A stretch of DNA of 64,000 nt from positions 1-64,000 of the forward strand of contig JYFJ02000819.1 in assembly GCA_000934665.2 (NCBI GenBank). The letters are read 5' to 3'. Both the position numbers and the translations under genes were made by a program. The notes under the pieces were generated by a model, which saw nothing but the letters and a program-made list of their open reading frames with translations, had not been told where the DNA came from and searched no databases. The DNA is from Catajapyx aquilonaris (taxonomy: Eukaryota). This document shows positions 63,006 through 64,000 of this stretch, in pieces. Position 1 is the first letter of the stretch. Every line of letters starts with the position of its first letter.

Positions 63006-64000
63006 CTCCTGAAAATAATTAATTGGAATCAACAAAATGATGCAACAAGCGCTGATGCAACAAAAACCTTTTACGTTTACAACCAATTGTGATCATTTTT
63101 ACACCGCCATTCTGGTGCAGGACAGGCAGGACATTAAACCATGCAGTTTCAAACCCGGTTTTACACATAAAACCGGGCTTGGGGGGATTAAAACTCACCA
63201 GATATTTTCACGTCATGTGAAGAACGCACGTGTGGGAGATGCCAGTAGTGGCTGGTCGATAGGAGCGATACAGATAGACGATGGCAGTAGCTCCAGTGGC
63301 GATATCGCCTTCCCGGTGGCGCCTCTAACGGCCACTTGTTAAACAACATATTACATTCAATAAAATGAAAAAAAATGCAGAAAAAATGGCTATATTATTA
63401 TACTCTATCATGTAATACTAGCTAAATAATAATATTGTGCATATCCGCAATTTATGGCATGCTAATCACGGTTGCCATGACAACCAAAACCTGGACAAAC
63501 AAGGGGAACAACTAAACAAACAAACAAACTTTGCATTTTAGGCTATATAACACAGAGATATATGCCAGTTATGAAGGTGTAGCCTCCTTTTTTGGGGGGA
63601 TGAAAATGGATGAACTTTTGCGGTTATTGCTCAATATAACTCGATTTTTTTTAGAGATTTTATAGGTTTGATTAGGAAGTGGAGTCGTGCGCGGATAAAA
63701 GTTTGTTAGAGAATCCTGGAAGTAGATGCGCTGGAGGAAGCGGATTTTTATTTTGGAGGGAGGCTTTACTAGGTTATACTGGAGCCTGGGTAACTCATGG
63801 TGAATTCTAATGGCCTTTTTCCTCCTCTGGATTTTTTATTTTTATTTTTTTGGGCCTATGTACCCCGCCTCAACCCCGCCTCGTCGGTTCTTCGCTATTG
63901 GATTTTTGGTGGGAGGTCCCACTTTGTTTTATTATAGACCTGAACGTGACTGGACCCAGAGGAAAATCGACCTGGAAATGACCTGACACAATTATTGAAC

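Overview
Intron-rich eukaryotic invertebrate DNA, most likely a non-insect arthropod (inferred from arthropod-type muscle Ig/Fn3 genes, TCAGT initiators and many 54-70 bp introns). Five protein-coding genes lie head-to-tail on the minus strand. From right to left: FAM210A-like (4 coding exons, 258 aa); two tandem acetyl-CoA synthetase (ACSS2-like) paralogues (690 and 691 aa); an MnM/CG14964-like Fn3-Ig-Ig-Fn3 protein (960 aa) with an N-myristoylation motif and a C-terminal membrane anchor; and a giant titin/UNC-89-like Ig/Fn3 gene. The giant gene has 24 phase-consistent exons encoding about 4,040 aa in the window, including a 6.9-kb exon, and its 3' end was not found. The first 14.8 kb has no long ORF but carries a probable bidirectional promoter, candidate plus-strand micro-exons, MITE-like elements and palindromes. 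The most interesting signals are a candidate alternative first exon adding a myristoyl/palmitoyl/polybasic membrane tag to the giant protein, strand-deleted Ig domains, a very long E/K single-alpha-helix with PKA-type hinges, an acyl-pocket Val-to-Leu change in one ACS paralogue, several loop-less palindromes and a V-domain-like tRNA SINE. All exon models were built by eye from GT-AG sites and phase arithmetic; no database searches were run.
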